Shown: positions 59,907 through 64,000 of the stretch, piece by piece
Position numbering within the stretch: the first letter of the stretch is position 1
Layout: each line of letters opens with the position of its first letter
Source: Bdellovibrionales bacterium
GTDB taxonomy: Bacteria > Bdellovibrionota > Bdellovibrionia > Bdellovibrionales > UBA1609
DNA: 64,000 bases
Reading direction: 5' to 3'
Assembly: GCA_020628165.1 (NCBI GenBank)
Contig: JAHDFM010000019.1
Coordinates: 10,395 to 74,394 of the forward strand
Notes under the pieces: model-generated
What the model was told of the DNA's origin: nothing
Seen by the model: the letters and a program-made list of their open reading frames with translations, nothing else
Database searches by the model: none
Translations under genes and position numbers: made by a program

Positions 59907-61166
59907 ATGCTGTTCTCAAGTGTAAGCAGCATTGCAGAAGTAAAATCAGACGAATATATATCTAAAGAGCTCTCAAAATTTATTACTGAACTTTACGATA
60001 CATTAAGAATAGCAGATTCATTTTCAGACTTATACATTGCCTGTCTAAAAAAAGACAACGATTGGTTTGAAAAACAAGATTCTCCTACAAAAACTCTTCA
60101 GTTTTGTGAAATGCATTTAAATTTTATTAAAAGAGATCTCAAACCAAAGTACGAAGCTATGGTTGATTCTCTTGCAATTTCAACATTTGAGTATTACGGA
60201 GACTCTCGCCCTACCTTCAATCTAGAAAATTTAAATTATCTTATTGAAAATAATTTTGCCAGCCATTACCTAAGCCCAACTGTCAAGCACCCATATAAAG
60301 GCTTTGCTAAAATTCCTGACTTAGATGAAAATGACCTCAAACGAGCTACACAAAGAGTCCATAATGATCTGCAACAAAGAGTTTTTTGGTTAAATGAAGA
60401 AGATCTTGATACGAGTAACTTAACATTTAATTGCGTAAGAGATTCTCCATTAACATATATGTTCACAGGAACTTCATGTTATTATGAAAGCTACAAAAAC
60501 CTGATTTTTGGTAGCGACGAATATAGCATAAAACCGACACCATTATTGGCATTTATTCAATCTGCTACTCCCTCTGATCTAGAGTTAGCTAATGCTATCG
60601 AAAAAATAAAAGAAAAGAATGCTAAAATCCGTAAAGAGTTTAAAGAAAAATATTTAGTAGAACACTCTGATGGTAGTATAAAAGTTAAAGATCAGTTATG
60701 GACTATAGATAATAACTTAGATTTATTTTTATTTAGAAGCTTCACTGAAAAATACACTGAGAGAAATCCGAGTTTTAATTGGTTTGTTGAGGAAGCTGAA
60801 AATAAAATCAAAAATAGACAATGGCTAAAAACTGGAACTGAGATAGGACTTTCTTTAATCATTTACTTTGGATGCGACTTTGCGACTAAAAGACTAAAGC
60901 TGTTTATAAAAATAAGCTGTATTGCTCCTCTTATGCTAGCAAACCAAAATTTATTTTTATTTTTCGATACAAAATTATTAAATCATATCATTGACCTATC
61001 CGTTTATAGAGCAGATAGAGCTAAATCTATAGGTGCGAATGTTGAGCTACTCAGTGAGTTAGAGTTTAAAGCGCACTTTAGAAAAGAACTCATTCCATAC
61101 ACTTTAGGGTTTCCACTTAAAGCTCTTATTGGAATTGCTTTATCTAACCACTTTATAGATTATTAA
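59907..61166 (+). CDS. Hypothetical protein with C-terminal hydrophobic segments
   Basis: 419-aa ORF. The frame is open a few codons upstream (LLKIYFILITSA), so the start is uncertain. Confidence 0.65.
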   Translation: MLFSSVSSIAEVKSDEYISKELSKFITELYDTLRIADSFSDLYIACLKKDNDWFEKQDSPTKTLQFCEMHLNFIKRDLKPKYEAMVDSLAISTFEYYGDSRPTFNLENLNYLIENNFASHYLSPTVKHPYKGFAKIPDLDENDLKRATQRVHNDLQQRVFWLNEEDLDTSNLTFNCVRDSPLTYMFTGTSCYYESYKNLIFGSDEYSIKPTPLLAFIQSATPSDLELANAIEKIKEKNAKIRKEFKEKYLVEHSDGSIKVKDQLWTIDNNLDLFLFRSFTEKYTERNPSFNWFVEEAENKIKNRQWLKTGTEIGLSLIIYFGCDFATKRLKLFIKISCIAPLMLANQNLFLFFDTKLLNHIIDLSVYRADRAKSIGANVELLSELEFKAHFRKELIPYTLGFPLKALIGIALSNHFIDY

Positions 61167-61185
61167 TATTTACTTAGACTTCATT

Positions 61186-62130
61186 TTAAATATCAATGAT
61201 TTTAATGTTCTTCTTTTTTAAAGACTTAACATTGCTCGGCAAGTTTTCGATGATTTCCTCTTCTAAAGCTTGTAAGATTTCTTGTTTATAAAAACTACGA
61301 CTGTGCACCAAGCTCACCTCTCGGGTGGGCACAGGTTTTGTGAACTCTTTCAAATTGTTTTTCTTTTCAGTCGTAGTTAAGTTTGCTGTAGCAAGCTCTG
61401 GCAGAAGGGTATAACCATCTCCCTTGCGTATTAAGTTAATCAGTGTTTCTAAGCTGCCACTTTCAAAATTAATGTTTTGTAAAACTTGATTCTTGCGATC
61501 TAAAGAACACACCTTCACAACTTGCTCACGAAAACAATGCCCCTCCTCTAATAACCAAACAGACTCAGAGTCTAAATCTTTTTCGCTCAGTTTTGACTTT
61601 TTATAAAGAGCATGATCATTCGAACAAAAAACCATGAACTTTTCGTAGAACAAAGAACGTTCAATGATCTTATCATCATAAAGTGGAGTCACTAACAATC
61701 CACCATCAAGCTTATCATCATATAGTTCTTCTATAATTTTATCAGTTTTCACTTCACTCACTTGCACTTGCACGCTTGGATATTTTTTGGCGAAAGACTC
61801 TATGAATAAGGGCAAAACATAGGCCGACAAAGATGGAATCACTCCCAATTTAAAGTGCCCTTTCAATTCACCATTATCTGAAGCAATGTGAGATAATTTA
61901 TCGTGCTCACGAAGAATCACCTTAGCCTGCTCAATAAAGTTCTTGCCTTTCTGAGTGATCATTATGGGTTTTTTAGAACGGTCAAAGATGACAATTTCAA
62001 TCAGATCTTCCACTTTTTGGATCTGAGCCGATAACGAGGGTTGACTCACATGGCAACTTTTAGCTGCACGACTAAAGTTTTTATGTTCTGCCACAGCTAA
62101 TATATATTGTAATTGTGTTAACGTCGGCAT
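61186..62130 (-). CDS. oxyR: H2O2-inducible LysR regulator
   Basis: LysR HTH, EEGHCFREQVVKVC two-Cys redox motif, GGAGG RBS before MPTLTQL, divergent from ahpC. Confidence 0.93.
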   Translation of the reverse strand: MPTLTQLQYILAVAEHKNFSRAAKSCHVSQPSLSAQIQKVEDLIEIVIFDRSKKPIMITQKGKNFIEQAKVILREHDKLSHIASDNGELKGHFKLGVIPSLSAYVLPLFIESFAKKYPSVQVQVSEVKTDKIIEELYDDKLDGGLLVTPLYDDKIIERSLFYEKFMVFCSNDHALYKKSKLSEKDLDSESVWLLEEGHCFREQVVKVCSLDRKNQVLQNINFESGSLETLINLIRKGDGYTLLPELATANLTTTEKKNNLKEFTKPVPTREVSLVHSRSFYKQEILQALEEEIIENLPSNVKSLKKKNIKIIDI

Positions 62131-62205
62131 ATAACCTCCTAAAATCATTGATAATATACAACAAGCAATAAATATAGCCCGTATATATAGATTTTATTTA
62201 ATACA

Positions 62206-62241
62206 ATAGTTTTAAACTATATTAACATAGATAACAAGTAT
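62206..62241. promoter_or_regulatory. Putative OxyR operator
   Basis: ATAG-N7-CTAT (62206-62220), 6 nt, then ATAG-N7-GTAT (62227-62241), lying between oxyR and ahpC. Confidence 0.7.
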
Positions 62242-62317
62242 TGGATAAAACACTTGAAATGGGCGAATATTTATTCAACTTTACAGTTATTAAACTTCAA
62301 TTAACAAAGGAGAAATA

Positions 62318-62884
62318 ATGAACACATTAATCAACACAAAATTACCAGAGTTTAAGTTACAGGCTTTTCACAACGGTGATTTTACAGAAGTGACTCATGA
62401 GAATTTAAAAGGCAAATGGTCTATTTTATTTTTCTACCCAGCTGACTTCACATTCGTTTGCCCAACAGAGTTAGGTGATATGGCTGACAAATACCCTGAG
62501 TTTAAAGAAATCGGCGCTGAAGTTTATTCAGTAAGCACTGACACTCACTTTACTCACAAAGCATGGCATGATGCTTCTGACACAGTTAAGAAGATCAACT
62601 ATCCAATGCTTGCTGACCCGACAGGTCACTTAACACGTGCTTTTGGTGTGCACATTGAAGAGGCTGGTCTTGCTTACAGAGGAACATTCTTAATCAACCC
62701 TGAAGGTGATATTAAGCTTGCAGAAGTACAAGACAACAGCATCGGAAGAAACGCTGATGAGTTATTTAGAAAGGTTCAAGCAGCTCAATTTACTGCAGCT
62801 AACCCAAGTGAAGTTTGCCCAGCCAAATGGACTCCAGGCGCTGAAACTTTAAAGCCAGGTCTTGACTTAGTTGGTAAAATCTAA
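62318..62884 (+). CDS. ahpC: Alkyl hydroperoxide reductase C (peroxiredoxin)
   Basis: FYPADFTFVCPTE and EVCPAKW. Confidence 0.97.
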   Translation: MNTLINTKLPEFKLQAFHNGDFTEVTHENLKGKWSILFFYPADFTFVCPTELGDMADKYPEFKEIGAEVYSVSTDTHFTHKAWHDASDTVKKINYPMLADPTGHLTRAFGVHIEEAGLAYRGTFLINPEGDIKLAEVQDNSIGRNADELFRKVQAAQFTAANPSEVCPAKWTPGAETLKPGLDLVGKI

Positions 62885-63202
62885 AGAGTGCCTGGTTCTT
62901 TTTTTGTAGAAACGCACATTCATTGATTGTTTCAACGGTTGAATCAAAAACTTTTTAAATACCAGTGCCTAGCTATTTGTAGCTAGGTGCTTTAAAAAGT
63001 GTCCGTTTTTTGTGTTTTTTTTTAAATAAAAAATACTAGAATCAACGGATATTTTTTAAAGCACTAAACACGAGCTCAATTTAGTCTAAAAAGTGCCCGG
63101 TTCTTTTACTGAAATAAAAATTGATTTTTTATTTCAACAGTTGAACTAAAACACTTTTCAATATAAGTGCCTAGGTCTTTGTAGCTAGATACTTTTGTAA
63201 GT
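62880..63202. repeat. Two ~120-bp degenerate direct repeats flanking a 21-bp-arm inverted repeat
   Basis: Copies at 62880-63000 and 63085-63202; IR arms 62987-63007 and 63044-63064. Confidence 0.75.
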
Positions 63203-63269
63203 AACGATATATTTTTAACTTTAATACGCTTTAACTTTTGTTAAGTACATTCAAACAAAGGAGAGACTC

Positions 63270-64000
63270 ATGTTAGATCAAAACATTATCACTCAATTGC
63301 ACCAGGTTTTTAAAAAACTCGACGACAATGTTGAGCTTAGCTATCTCAAATCGGATCATGAAAAACAAAACGAACTCGTTGAAATGCTCACCGGAGTAGC
63401 TTCAACAAGTGATAAAATTATTTTGACAGAATCAAACGCAACGAGTCCTGCTCCGGCCTTTATTGTTAAATCTAAATACACGGACCGCATCAAGTTCACT
63501 GGCATACCTGGAGGGCATGAGTTTAGCTCATTGATTCTTGCCATTTTAAACTCAAACCTCAAAGGTAGGCTGCCTGATGAGTCTTTGACCGACCGTATGA
63601 AAAACATCAAAGGACCAATAAAGCTACGAACTTTCATTTCATTATCGTGTGAGAATTGCCCAGACGTGGTTCAAGCACTCAACTTGATGGCAATTCTCAA
63701 CCCAGATATTCACCACGAAATGGTCGATGGAGAGTACGTTCAAGATGAAGTCAAAGAACTTAAAATTCAAGGTGTGCCGGCGGTCTTTAATGAAAAAACC
63801 ATGTTTAACTCAGGCAAAACCAACTTAGCGGATCTATTAGATAAGCTTGAAAAAGAGTTTGGTATCATCAGTGAGCCTACTGGCGTTCGCGACCTAGGTG
63901 AATTTGATGTCGCCGTTATCGGAGCGGGACCTGCTGGTGTGTCGTCAGCGATTTATACAGCCAGAAAAGGTTTAAAAACAGCTGTGATCACTGACCGCAT
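63270..64000 (+). CDS. ahpF: Alkyl hydroperoxide reductase F, 3' truncated by window (absent from ORF track)
   Basis: AAGGAG RBS; MLDQNIITQL...GIPGGHEFSSLILA...SLSCENCPDVVQALN...IGAGPAGVSSAIYTARKG. Confidence 0.95.
   Translation, partial: MLDQNIITQLHQVFKKLDDNVELSYLKSDHEKQNELVEMLTGVASTSDKIILTESNATSPAPAFIVKSKYTDRIKFTGIPGGHEFSSLILAILNSNLKGRLPDESLTDRMKNIKGPIKLRTFISLSCENCPDVVQALNLMAILNPDIHHEMVDGEYVQDEVKELKIQGVPAVFNEKTMFNSGKTNLADLLDKLEKEFGIISEPTGVRDLGEFDVAVIGAGPAGVSSAIYTARKGLKTAVITDR

Noticed and set aside
62880-63202. Repeats considered as a CRISPR array
   Set aside because: Only two long degenerate units, no constant repeat-spacer period, and no cas genes.

Overview
AT-rich bacterial chromosomal segment, most likely from a Bdellovibrionota-like predator. 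This is an inference from a GNVGIGT-repeat fibre gene, F-[TQ]-N-C lipoprotein signals, a one-Cys DksA and many secreted hypothetical proteins. About 50 CDS are present, including trxB, trmB, ggt, a REC-GGDEF cyclase, leuS, speA, speB, an Opp/Yej-type ABC cluster without ATPase, dksA, xth, phhA/hppD/hmgA, ribD, a Pif1-like helicase and oxyR-ahpC-ahpF. No rRNA, tRNA, CRISPR array or transposase was seen. Best leads: (1) a tandem pair of MauG/bCcP-family diheme lipoproteins with Tyr versus Lys at the heme-2 distal ligand position; (2) a secreted kinase-like gene followed by an orphan 35-codon copy of its C-terminus that keeps the catalytic Asp; (3) a modular fibre ending in a Peptidase_G2-type chaperone; (4) an ATP-grasp plus non-canonical SelO pair; (5) long palindromic REP/MITE-like intergenic elements; (6) many apparently leaderless genes; (7) two single-lesion pseudogenes. 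All calls were made by eye, with no database searches.
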